Assembly (NCBI GenBank): GCA_964016885.1
Contig: OZ024740.1
Coordinates: 199,206,001-199,270,000, forward strand
Length of the DNA: 64,000 bases
Direction: 5' to 3'
DNA from: Eledone cirrhosa
Taxonomy: Eukaryota
Position 1 is the stretch's first letter. Each line of letters starts with the position of its first letter. The position numbers were made by a program, and so were the translations under genes. The notes under the pieces are model-generated. The model searched no databases and was not told where the DNA came from. It saw only the letters and a list, made by a program, of their open reading frames with translations. Positions 35,829 to 47,976 of this stretch are shown piece by piece.

Positions 35829-36135
35829 TATAAATTAATATTTGATGAACATTTACATGTTTTAGTTGCAATTGACTAATAAGATCGCTAGAGTGAAAAA
35901 TCTTAATTCAACAACATACAGTCTGCCTGTACGATCTAAAAAATAATAAATCAATACTCACACACTCATATGGGCAAAAAGCCTTTTTGCCCATATGAGT
36001 CTGTGAGTATTGATTTATTATTTTTTAGATCGTACAGGCAGACTGTATGTTGTTGAATTAAGATTTTTCATTCTAGCGATCTTATTAGTCAATTGCAACT
36101 AAAACATGTAAATGTTCATCAAATATTAATTTATA
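35829..36135. repeat. Near-perfect palindrome, 153-bp arms, 1-nt loop
   Basis: 35829-35981 is the reverse complement of 35983-36135; two mismatches seen. Confidence 0.97.
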
Positions 36136-36339
36136 TATATATATATACAGAGGTATCTACTGTAAGTTGTGGGGTCTATTCTGTATGAAGAACTCATTGT
36201 AATCCATATATTGAAAATGTCGTAGGTTCAGATAAATCTCAGAAAACAAGAAAACATTAAAAGGAAATCAGAGTCATGATATAAGTTAAAACAATGAAAT
36301 AAAAAATCAAGTCATTAGATATATACTTCACTGCTTTAC

Positions 36340-36403
36340 GAATCGCTGCTTTCACCCTTAACGGGATCTTCTAAGATCCCGTTAAGGGTGAAAGCAGCGA
36401 TTC
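36340..36403. repeat. Perfect 31-bp-arm hairpin at the start of a dispersed pLTR-like tail (copies at 40325-40385 and 61536-61592)
   Basis: gaatcgctgctttcacccttaacgggatctt-ct-aagatcccgttaagggtgaaagcagcgattc. Confidence 0.92.
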
Positions 36404-36542
36404 TTTGCTTAAACTTTAATGTTATTTTAATAAATATTTGCTCTACGGGTCTTATATATTTGATATATATTTATCCTTATCGAGCCCTCTTTGGATTTTA
36501 GTCTTCAAATTTATTATTATTACAATATATATATATATATAT

Positions 36543-36613
<71 letters not shown>

Positions 36614-36646
36614 TACATATATACATGTACATGCATATAGACACCC

Positions 36647-36701
<55 letters not shown>

Positions 36702-36810
36702 TATATGTGCATATATATGTATATATGTGTATATGTGTATGTATATATGCATACACATATACATACACATATACACATATATACATATATATACACATAT
36801 ATACATATAC

Positions 36811-36843
<33 letters not shown>

Positions 36844-36912
36844 CATATATATACATATACATACACACATATATATATATACATATACAACACACACACA
36901 CACACATATACA

Positions 36913-37085
36913 CATCATCATCATCATCATCATTTAATTTTACGTCCGCTTTTTACCTGCTTGCAAAGGTGGGACGAGAACTGATTGTGGCTTTATTTCT
37001 ACAGCTGGATGCCCTTCCTAACACCAACCTCATTTACAGTGAGTGCTGGGTGCCTTTTTGCCGTGGCACCTCCACGACCACTTTG
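36913..37085 (-). mobile_element. LINE/SINE 3' tail relic ending in (ATG)n; related copy at 42125-42340
   Basis: catcatcatcat...acgtcc..tttt then ttt.tacagctgg.t.ccctt..taacaccaacc. Confidence 0.6.
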
Positions 37086-37104
37086 CAGTGGAATGATAGG
37101 GACC

Positions 37105-37260
37105 CTAGTCCTATTATCTCATTTCTACAGCTGTGTAAACTGGAGCAATGTGAAATAAAGTGTCTTGCTCAAGAAAACAACACATCACCCGGTCTGAGAA
37201 TTGAACTCACAACCTTTCGATTGCAAGGCCAATGCTCTAACCACTAAGCCATGTACCTCC
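37105..37260 (-). mobile_element. tRNA-derived CORE-type SINE
   Basis: Minus strand A-box TGGCTTAGTGG, B-box GAGTTCAATTC, then TTGAGCAAGACACTTTATTTCACATTGCTCCAG. Confidence 0.8.
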
Positions 37261-37426
37261 ATATATATATATATACACACACTTGTGTGAGCATATGTAA
37301 ACTATTCTTACATGTGCACATACTCGTATATAACATTCATACACCTATACTCACACATACACCCACACAAACACATATATACACACATATATATATATAT
37401 AAATATATATATATATACATACACAT

Positions 37427-37515
<89 letters not shown>

Positions 37516-37534
37516 TATATACATATATACACAC

Positions 37535-37590
<56 letters not shown>

Positions 37591-37642
37591 TATATATATA
37601 TATATATATATATCGTATATATATATATATATATATATATAT

Positions 37643-38117
37643 ACGATATTAAACAAATGGAATCTACATTTATAAAACCATATTTATTTCATTATATATA
37701 TTCCAGGGATATCATATTAAAAATATGGTATGCCCTCTTCAGACAAAATACAATATATATACAGTTTTATAAATACATTTTGACAAACCTTACAATTTTA
37801 CAACTTCCATTTAAAAAGTTGTTATGGTAGTCATAACAACTACCATAACAACTTTTTAAATGGAAGTTGTAAAATTTTAAGGTATGTCAAAATTTATTTA
37901 TAAAACTGTTTATATATTGTATTTTGTCTGAAGAGGGCATACCATATTTTTAATATGATATCCCTGAAATATATATATAATGAAATAAATATGGTTTTAT
38001 AAATGTAGTTTCCATTTGTTTAATATCGTAAAATACTCCAAATCTGTTGAGTGCTTTTATATCAGTTATAAAATGTTTACTCGTTGTATCCCAACAATTT
38101 TAAATAAAACTTTTGCA

Positions 38118-38120
<3 letters not shown>
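37643..38120 (+). mobile_element. Fold-back pLTR-like unit (~188-bp arms, 7-nt loop) with an HHR in each arm
   Basis: 37643-37831 inverted against 37839-38029; between long (TA)n tracts. Confidence 0.92.
37924..37983 (+). ncRNA. Hammerhead with extended stem II and (TA)n stem III; mirror copy at 37691-37746 (-)
   Basis: tgt-CTGAAGA-gggcataccatatt tt taatatgatatccc t-GAAA-tatatata-TA-atg. Confidence 0.7.
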
Positions 38121-38191
<71 letters not shown>

Positions 38192-38300
38192 TACATATAT
38201 ACACACAAATACATACATATACATATATAGACACATACACATTCATACACATGCATATACATATATACACATATACACATAAATAAACATATATATATAT

Positions 38301-38374
<74 letters not shown>

Positions 38375-38379
<5 letters not shown>

Positions 38380-38580
38380 AATGAGTAAGACCCCGACGGC
38401 TGAGCTCAAGCCGTTTCGACGGCTAATTCTCGACGGCTAATTCAGTCCAGAATTAGCCGTCGAAACGGCTTGACCTCAGCCGTCGGGGTCTTACTCGTTC
38501 CTATTACCCACTCTACTACCCTAAGTATTGAGTACTTTGGTGCGTTATGGTCCACCTGGTTCCTTACCACATTTCCTTCG

Positions 38581-38584
<4 letters not shown>
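38375..38584 (+). mobile_element. Fold-back pLTR-like unit whose turn lies in HHR stem II
   Basis: 38375-38430 inverted against 38449-38505; gacggctaattc agtcca gaattagccgtc-GAAAC-ggcttgacctcagcc-GTC-gggg; 5' CUGANGA missing. Confidence 0.85.
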
Positions 38585-38631
<47 letters not shown>

Positions 38632-38699
38632 AATATATACACACATAAATATAATTCCATATCATACATAGATGTTTATTTTCACTCATGCAATTACGG

Positions 38700-39720
38700 G
38701 TGGCTGTGTAACTTGTTGCCTTTAGTCATTAACGCATAATTCAAAGAAGCTAAAACATTAAAAGGCAAAATAAGCATGAAAGCATATAATTAGGGGAAAG
38801 AGGTACTAATAAATGTTATTCTATACGGAATTATAGTGAGTTGCTATTTAGAATATATAATTAGTTTTACAGTATTTAATTAGGTTTATATTATTTAATT
38901 AGGTTTATAGTATTTAAATATTTTTCGTATACGGTGATTACAGACTATCACCAATTCCGCTCTTTTATTTAGTAAATTGTCCTTAGATTTAATAATTTCC
39001 AAGATCTCTCCTGGACATAATCCGCATTCCCTCCTGTTTTGCAAGATATGGAGATTTTTGTAGAATGGTGTTCCACGATAACTTAAAATCTATTTTTTTC
39101 TTTTTATAATTATTTACCGCTTCAGCTGAAGATGTGGTGTTTGCTAGATTATTATTGTTGAAACCACATAGAGTGTGCGTAAAATCTTATCTTAAATGTG
39201 TTTTATGTAGATCCTATATATATTTTGTTGGAGTCTGTAGTAGACATAGTGCATTTATATTTAACATATTTAACAAATATACTGTTAAATTCTCATACTC
39301 TACATCAAACAATCTGAAACAAAAAATAAGCAACTACTACATTTATAAACTTAAAAATAATATGACTACACCACTGCAACATAATTTAAATGGGACTGCA
39401 CCTTTTAAAAAGACAAATAATACAATCCTTCAACCTAGAAAACACAACCACCCAAATCACCAACACTAAAACAACAGAACACAAAATCACAATACAAACC
39501 TAGCACCAAACCACCCACAAAGCAACCTTCATTCTCCTGCTATCATTAATTACAATAGGACTAGCTCAAGGATAAATGAGAATAGTAGAGGCACCTCCAA
39601 AAACCATCTTACGTATGGCTGTAATTGCAGAAATAGAAGCATTTGCCCCTTAAATGCCAACAGTTTGATTAATAATGTAGTATATAAATGCACTACAGAC
39701 TCCAACAAACATATATATAT
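38700..39720. mobile_element. Naiad-like PLE 3' part with internal inversion
   Basis: 39260-39720 (+): IFNKYTVKFSYS...CNCRNRSICPLNANSLINNVVYKC; 38920-39258 (-): KC..TTDSNKIYIGST.NTFKIRF...ECGLC.GE..EII...LLNKRAELVIVCNH. Confidence 0.85.
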
Positions 39721-39984
39721 ATTTTTAAATATATATTTTTATGTGTATTTGGTGTATACGTTCGTATGTGTCCGGGTACAGGTGTTGCGTGGGTGCTGTA
39801 TGTACGTGCGTTTTTTTTCTTTTTGTACGTGCTTGTATTTGCATACCCATGGCGAGTGTTTTCGCGTATGCTTGTATATGTACGTATTTGGATGCGTGTA
39901 TGTATATATTTAATTTCAATTACCTCTATATTTTATTTACTTTATTCTTAATTCTTAAATCATTCGGTTCCTTCATATAATTTT

Positions 39985-40385
39985 TGTCTACGACTTCAGT
40001 TTTACCATTTACGTGGTTTCGTATTTGCGTGTAATTGTTTTCACCGGTCCACATAATAACGTTTATCTTCGTTTTTTCCGTCCATTGCCTGAGAACGTCT
40101 CCATGAACCACCTAATAGAATATTAGTCTACGACTTCATTTATACCTTAAACGTGGTTTTGTCTTTGCGTGTAATTGTTTTGAACGCACCAAATAATTTT
40201 TTCCGTTCTTTGCCAGGGAACGTTTCCACAAACAAAAGTATCGTCTTTCTGTCTTCCTTCGGTTGCAACTTTTTTTGAAATATTTACTTCTGCGTTCACA
40301 GATTGACTTTTTTAGTTTCAGAAAATCCCGTTAAGGGTGAAAGCAGCGATTCTTGCTTAAACTTTAATCTGTTATTTTAATAAAT
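39985..40385 (+). repeat. ~140-bp diverged tandem duplication followed by a pLTR-like tail
   Basis: gtctacgacttca.tt.tacc.t..acgtggttt.gt.tttgcgtgtaattgtttt at 39987 and 40126. Confidence 0.75.
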
Positions 40386-40410
40386 ATATATATATATATA
40401 TACACATATG

Positions 40411-40965
40411 AAAACTAGGATTGGTGCTCTGATATAGCGACGCATACATGAATGTATGTATAGTATATTTGGCAATATACTGTATGTTTAATTAAAAACA
40501 TTTTGAAGACCTTGCGCTATTATTATAAAGTAGTGACTATGTCACTTACTTCTTTTTTTTCAGCAAAGGAAGGGAGATAAGCTAACGGATCTGTTTCACA
40601 CTGTAGCACTCGCCGACTTATGCCGACAATTATAGAGGCTGGATTCTTATAGAATTCCAGTAATAATCAGGAACTGATTATACAGAGCGATTGCCGGTCC
40701 AGCAAAAATTGAAAATTAGGATTGGTGCTCTGAAATAGCGATGTATACATGAATGTATGTATAGTATATTTGGCAATATTTTCGGCAAAGCTCAGCGAGT
40801 GCTAACACCAAATGTGTGAAACAGATCTGTCAGCTTACCTTCCTACCTTTGCTGAATAAAGAAGTAAGTGACATAGTCACTACTTTAAAATAATAGCGCA
40901 AGGTCTTCAAAATGTTTTTAATTAAACATACAGTATATTGCCAAATATACTATACATACATTCAT
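40411..40965 (-). mobile_element. Sister family of the 8896-9575 unit: ~301-bp tandem plus inverted copy, with atypical HHR core
   Basis: 40411 and 40712 start direct repeats; 40447-40620 inverted against 40788-40965; shares the tail gtgacatagtcact...aattaaacatac.gtatattgccaaatatactatac. Confidence 0.85.
40788..40836 (+). ncRNA. Hammerhead scaffold with non-canonical 5' core; mirror copy at 40579-40619 (-)
   Basis: aagct-CAGCGAGTGCTA-acac caaat gtgt-GAAAC-agatct-GTC-agctt. Confidence 0.55.
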
Positions 40966-41663
40966 ATATATATGTATACACAAATATTTCCTCAGTAATT
41001 CTATTAATACTTATTTTTACTTAGCAAAATGTCTGGCATCATCATATTTATACCTCTTGCTATATACACCTTATTGTTTACTGTTTCACATCTCTCCATT
41101 TTTTTAAACGATTAACTTCGAATTAAAAATGTATTCTTATTCAGCTTCAATCTTACATACATTTACTGGCATGCTTCGCGTTTTACATTTATTGTAGTCT
41201 CTCTCTTTAATGATATGAATTTTTGTATTTTATATATTTATTTTCTTCTCGGATATTGATAATAGGATACGAATGCAACAAATTAATTAGTAAACACCAA
41301 TTATTTACACAAATTGCCATTTGAGATGATATTCTTTAAAATACAATTAATGGTTAAAGAACCACATGAACTAAAATGTTAATTTGATGCTTTCCATTAT
41401 GCAGCACGTCATAAGGATGGGAAATGAGAGTTGGGGTGAATAATAGATTTATGAGGTTGATTATGTTAAGAATCTTTCAATAAGCAGAACGTTACCCTAT
41501 TCATCTAATCTATATATGCCATAAACTGTCCTACAAGTGTTTGTTGAAATGAGAGAGCTTTTTCTTCTGAAGAATATCATGATATAACTAATAACTGTGA
41601 GCGGTGTCAGCCTTATCCCACTACCAATATATATATATGTGTGTGTGTAGAATAAGGAAATAG

Positions 41664-41944
41664 AAAGTATTTTAGATGTAAAGTCCATTATTGATAAGGC
41701 CATGTTAAATATTTCGATGACGACAGTGGCCACGTGATACCGCGTAGTACCTTATGCAATGATCTCCTCAGTCAACTTCTTATATTTGAGCACGTGCAAA
41801 CCGGTGGAGGTGAATCGGGGCTCATAGGGGAACGGACCTTCGCTTTCTGAACATCATGTTTGTCCGTTTCCTTGTTTCTTCGATTTAGGATTACCACCTA
41901 ATTGTAACCTTATCAATAAAGGACTTTAACATCTAAACTACTTT
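41664..41944 (-). mobile_element. Older fold-back unit (37-bp arms) with HHR-like motif at 41704-41776 (-)
   Basis: 41664-41700 inverted against 41908-41944; gttga-CTGAGGA-gat...atc-GAAA-ta-TT-taac. Confidence 0.6.
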
Positions 41945-42030
41945 GTATTTCATTATTCTAAAAATACTCCGTCGTTCCTATGAGGATAAATGTAAGTTGA
42001 GTTCTTGAATTGAATTACATCAATGCTTAC

Positions 42031-42062
<32 letters not shown>

Positions 42063-42064
42063 GA

Positions 42065-42130
<66 letters not shown>

Positions 42131-42723
42131 CATCATCATCATCGTTAACGTCCATTTTCCACGCTAGCATGGGTTAAACGGTTTCGTCCATTTGATGCGG
42201 AAATGGTCGGAAGACCATGTCTCGCTCGCACGGAGGCGTCTGTGGCAGGGTTTTTCTTACAGCTGGGTTCCCTTCGTAACACCAACCACATCCAAATTGT
42301 GGACTGAGAGCCTTTTTTCCTACACGGCCACCTTACAGTGTAGAGTTTTGTGTCATCGACACAGTGGACGGAACGAGAGAGAGGGGATGGCGTAGAGTGT
42401 GGCGGTGTGGTGTACATTGAGTTCAGAGGTACCTACTGACTATAGGTTTGTATGCAATGGCAGTCGGGTCTTCTGTACAACTGCATGGCACCAAAGGTCT
42501 CGATCCAGTGTATATGTATATATGAATATCTATTTAAACAAGTATATTGATGGAAAAAATCAACTTCTATATCTTTACAGGTATTTGCAGGGATTTGTAC
42601 ATCCAATTATGTGATATGTTATTTAAACATTTAACATAACCTGTGTCCATATATACATACGTAGGTATATATAGTCATACTTGTTCATTCCTTCTCTTCG
42701 GAGGAGCGATAACATTTCTAAAT

Positions 42724-42890
42724 GAGTGGGAATGCGTGTGAAATACCAATTTTACCTTGGGCAGTTATTAACATAAAGTATCGGGAACCACGTAGAAAAA
42801 CGTTTTAACATTTACACCGTAGAAATCAAACATTTCGTAGCTTCATCATTCCTGCCAAATGTAAAATTGGTATGTCACACACTCTTCCTC
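42724..42890. repeat. Diverged inverted repeat (~40-bp arms)
   Basis: gtgtgaaataccaattttaccttgggcag versus ctgccaaatgtaaaattggtatgtcacac. Confidence 0.7.
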
Positions 42891-43979
42891 GTTCTGTTTA
42901 TTTCAATATGAGATTTTCTTGGATACTTACCTAAAATTCATCTTTAATATGCAAACGATATGATTATGTGAAATATGTCATAATTTCTACCTTACTAACT
43001 TCTCATCTTTATGACACGTACTGCGTCTCACCCGCTACCCTGCTATCCCATCATGTAGAACACGTTATTTCCAACTGAGAAAACACTCGCTCTTTCGATT
43101 TGTCAAAATTTCTCATATCACGATTGTCTACTACTGCACTAAACACCACTAAATCTAATACACTTATTACAATCAATTTTCCTGTCGTTACCATCGTCAT
43201 TTTCTATCATGAAACCAGGAATAAACAACCCACAAGGTACAAAAATACAACATCAATACATCCGGGTTCCTCATACTTGTGCAGGCATGCGCAAGATGTT
43301 TTATATGGAACATCAACAATTGAAACTTCTTTATATTTTATAACACCAATGTTTTTCAACATAAAGTGAAAGACTGATGCAGTTTGGCACTATATCGTAA
43401 CAGGCCAGCTGAGGACATAAATAGCTGAAAGAACAAATACACAATAATCTGACATATCCATCAATCCACCGTCATAAGCCGTTACTTTATTTCATCGACC
43501 CTGGAAAGATGAAAGCTAAATTTGATATCTTTGGGTTTTAACGTAGAACGTAAAGAGATTTTGTTTAATGCTCTAACAATCCATCACCTTAACTTAATAT
43601 CATGTTATTGCACGATAAGACCGACCTAACCCGTCATGTTATTACAAATTGCTATACCACTGCCAAGAAGAAGAATGATTTTACGTGGTCGTTTGACCTG
43701 TAAAAAGTAATGGACAAAGATCCTTCTATTTATCACCCTACGATCATTGTGTAGAGGTTACATTCGATAATGTAGTTCTAAATACATGTAGATCCAAAAG
43801 TTGGACACAAGATATCTTCTGAAGAAGGTGAAGCGAGTAAGGCTTTGGATGGAGTCATTCTTCGGTGCGAATAGAGTTTTAGATGTAGTTATAGTCAGGG
43901 TTAAAGCGAGTGGCTGAATTACCACTGGTTATAGTTCTGCTCATAATTCAGTGATCTGGATGTTTAAGAAAGAACAGTA

Positions 43980-44220
43980 AAAGCAACAACAAAAACGTCA
44001 ACAACAACATAAACAACAATGAAAACAACATCAATAGTAACAACCACAATAAAAAATAACATCAGCTGTTATAACAAGAGCAAAAACGACAACAGCAACA
44101 ACCACAATAGTAAAACAACTATTATAAAAATAGCAAGAACGACAATAGAAAAGCAACGGGGGCAACTATGACAATAGCTATAACAGAACCAGCAACAAAA
44201 ACCACAATGTCGAACCAACA
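43980..44220. repeat. Degenerate (CAA)n tract
   Basis: Direct reading. Confidence 0.85.
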
Positions 44221-45679
44221 AATTCGAAGCCCTAGTTATCAATTCACTTTGTTCGAGGAGGCTGATTATCTGTGGGAGGAAAATGCAGTATTGCCGACCT
44301 ACAGCTGAAATAATAATTCTTTTCATTTCGATAATATCTGCTCACACAAGCTCAAGTGGCGCATGATTATTCGGAGGCAGGTATCGATTTTACTAACTCT
44401 CCTGTCTATCTCTGTTTTTATCAGCCCAATATGAGACTGCAACATCGAAGCCTATCAGCTATTTGAAGTTTCATCCCTACCATCTCTTGTAGGATGCAAC
44501 GCGGGAACTTCTGTAAATATGACTAGCATTGCCATATTTTCTCTTATGCAATTCGCACTCGTATACACGCACCCTATACTTTGTAGAATGGGTGTTTGGC
44601 ATTTTAGTTATGCCTATAAACTTTCGGGAGTACCTTATCACCTAGTAGCTTTCATTTATTTACTAAGTCTGGAGGAATTGGTTGTGCCCGTGAGGATTTG
44701 AGCATGTTGTTTGAGTTGCCACCCAAAATGCAAAATAAATATATATAAACTAAAATAAATAAATAAATATAAACTAAATAAAGAAATAAACAAAAAGAAC
44801 GAAATATATAAAGAAGGGAAAATAAACTCTATAACGTTGAACATATTTTGAAATTAGTACTTTTATGATTAATACAATTATGACAATCGGAATGCCTTAT
44901 TAACTATTTCACTCTCTTCTCGTAAATAGCTTTATTTCAACATTCGCACTTAAAAAGTTAATGACATGACGCGTCGTCAAAATACTAAGACATTTTAGAA
45001 ATTCGAACATCACCCATATTAACAGCAGAAATTATCATCATGTCATTTGCTTTGAAGTACACAACTGGCAAACATCCTAACTGATGTTCACAACAGCCAA
45101 ACATCCTAACTGCCAATAGCTCTGTTAGATTTCTGCTTGCCAACTCAAACATCACATTAAATATCTCACAAAACTATCTCCCACAATGATCAGAGGATTC
45201 ATCAATGTCAACATAACTGTGAGAAACCTTCCAACAAATTCTCAATTTAAGGAGGTACAGGTTTAAATTGGCGTATAAACACGCATGCCTGCCGTGTTAA
45301 GATGTTGGCTTCCCAATCGCGTGATTTCATGTTTGATTTATACGAGTGTGATATGCGGCAAATATTTTGTATAACATCTCCGGATCGACTAAAGCTTTGT
45401 TGGTGGAACTGGGGAAAATAAAAGTAATGCGGGAGACGTCTAATGTCGTTGGGCTATTTTAATGTTTAATGTGTGTGCGTGGATAGAAACTAATCAAATA
45501 AAGCGTAAACGCACACTTGAACTGTATATGTGTCTCTCTCTCTCTAAATATATATATATATATATATCGCTAAGCCGAAATTCACATTTCAGTGTAAAAA
45601 GATGAAGTACCAGTCCTGCATTGATGTCCATTTTTATTTGTCACGTACTACAGCACCTATAACCAAACATACTACCCAC

Positions 45680-45731
<52 letters not shown>

Positions 45732-45759
45732 ATATATATATATATATTTCTATCAGACT

Positions 45760-46600
45760 GGGATGGACACACGCGTGAAACTTGCTGGGTACGTTCTGTT
45801 TAAGTTTCTATAGAAATTCTTGACTGTGAACCTTCATTTTAATACCAATTTGTAGAGGAACTGCCAGGTCAAATTATAATCTGGTCAGTCTCTCAAAATA
45901 TTCTACGCCTTATAGGCGAAATTGATCATAAAACATATTTTTGAAAAAACTAACGTTTTAAAAAAAAATGGCTGAAGCAATAACAGTATCTTCACCAACA
46001 TTCGAAGGAGGAAAGGGGAAGATATGCTTACAGCTTCCCCCTTCCACTATCATAGTAGCAGATGTCTCAGAGAAAGGTCAGCCAGAGGAAGGATTTTGTT
46101 CACCTGCTGACCAACAACTTGACGTTGCCATGGCAACAAACCAAAACCAAAAGTGTGAAACAATGAACAAAAAGAACACAACCAGCAACAACAACAATGA
46201 TGACAACAACACCAATAAGAACAACTCCACAAAAAAGTAACAATTTCGTTTGCAAAAACTGTCCAAAAGACAGAACTGTATAAGCGAATTGACATTTATA
46301 ATGCTAGAGAACTACTAAGAGATGCCAAGCAGTACGTAACTTTGGGGGAGAATGGTGCTTTTAGCATCACTTCTCCCCAAGAATTGCCTAGAGAAACGGT
46401 CCTAAAAAATATAGACTGGATTTATGCAATGCACAGCGGCAACATCTGCTGAAGGATTAGGTGAACGGCTACCTCTCGGAGCCGTTCCATATCACGCGAT
46501 CCATCCGATAGGGATGCCCTCTCTACTCACTTCTGTACGTACTGACTCTCGAGCCACTACTGCGGAGGTTGGAGCTATTGCAGGTATCCCTTTGGAATTG
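45760..46600 (+). mobile_element. Internally deleted L1/Tx1-like LINE: putative ORF1 start joined to an RT fragment
   Basis: 45968 ORF continues by frameshift (ISFAKTVQ...); 46460-46600 reads VNGYLSEPFHITRS, GCPL..LLYVLTLEPLLRRLE across frameshifts; ORF1 call is weak. Confidence 0.6.
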
Positions 46601-47976
46601 GGACTGCTAGGGAGTCGTTAAGGCTGATATAGTTGTCAGGTGTAGCACCGATACACTGAAAACAACTATATCAGCCTTAACGACTCCCTAGCAGCACCCA
46701 ATAGTGCTGGCAACAGCCACTACAGACGCAACCAACATAACCGCAATATGACTGGGGAATATGCAGGTGACTCGTACGGGTCACCCGATGACAACAGAAG
46801 GCGCTGTGGCGTGCGGAATAATAATGGTACCACCCAGCACACAGTGGGGTATAATGGTGCTAATGAGAGGTGTAGGAGCGTAGATAAAAACGTAGATAGC
46901 AATAATAATAGCCTTACCGTGGGAACTAGAATGGACCGCGACCGAAATTGCAACTGCCGTGACAGGGGACGCTGCCCCATTAAGGGAAACTGCCTGACTG
47001 ATAGGGTTATTTATAGGTACACCAGAACTAGCCATAATAGCGTTAAACATTATATAGGGGCTACCTTTGTACCTCTGGCCCGTTCAAAAATATATTTCGA
47101 ACAGATCTCCACTCTTTCGCAAACAAGAAACTAAGACAATCCACTTCGCTCGCGAATTACATCACAGCATTAAAAGACTCAAACATCAGCCTCTCCACGC
47201 ACTGAGAAATTGTCTGCAGAGGAGCACCGTACAATTTCAAGAGGAAGTGCGTGCTATGCCTCATAGAGCTTTACCATATCATAACGGCAACCCACGAGCT
47301 CATCAATAGCAGAGCATAAACGATGATAAGCTGTACGCACGGAATAATAATGAGGATTGAAAACCGTAAACCGGGTCACCCTGCACCAAACATAACACCT
47401 CAGCGAGCAGGCGTTGCAAAAAACATCCGGAAACTAACCATTCATCCCAGACCCGGAATGAATCGACCCTGGCAGCCAGGCGCAGCAAACAAACATTTGG
47501 AAACTAACTTTGCATCCCTGACCCTGCTGGAATCGACAATGGTAAAGCGGTAACCACAAAGTAATAACGGGTAAACATTGCCTGGGGACCACTGTTCTAA
47601 CACCGGCTAGAGTTATCTCCCTTGACCTACGGCAAAATCAATACATGTGTTTTACGAAGAATGAACTGTGATGTGAACCTATTTCACAAAACCCATTCTG
47701 GGTCATGTAAGGAACGTTTTTTAGTTGTTTATGCCCTTGAGAAACCCATTCGGGCGAAACGTACGTAGGTGCTGTCTTAAATAAACATGTTTTAACGGTT
47801 TGTTCTCCTTTATATACTTCTACACCTGTATCCGCTCTGCTGATTTTCTCGCCCACTAGATATTAACACTTCTAATATTTAACACTGCAGGCAGAAGTAT
47901 TGAGCACCTTTTGCATATGCTATTGGCAAATAACTACATGTATCGCCTATCTGTTGTTTTCTCTCTCGATACTTAG

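Noticed and set aside
37190-37258. tRNA gene suggested by A- and B-box motifs (also near 51270 and 53150)
   Set aside because: No complete cloverleaf forms and the boxes run into SINE core sequence.
36438-38739. Many ORFs rich in YI/HT/VC repeats here and at 7150-7419, 8247-8568, 31362-32223, 56374-56730 and elsewhere
   Set aside because: They are translations of TA/CA/GA microsatellites that lack stop codons, not proteins.
46940-47340. Selenocysteine recoding, known in some Naiad elements
   Set aside because: The conserved Cys positions here and near 39620-39650 are TGY codons. The TGA near 47199 aligns with TGG (Trp) in the sister copy near 6557-6559, so it is ordinary decay.
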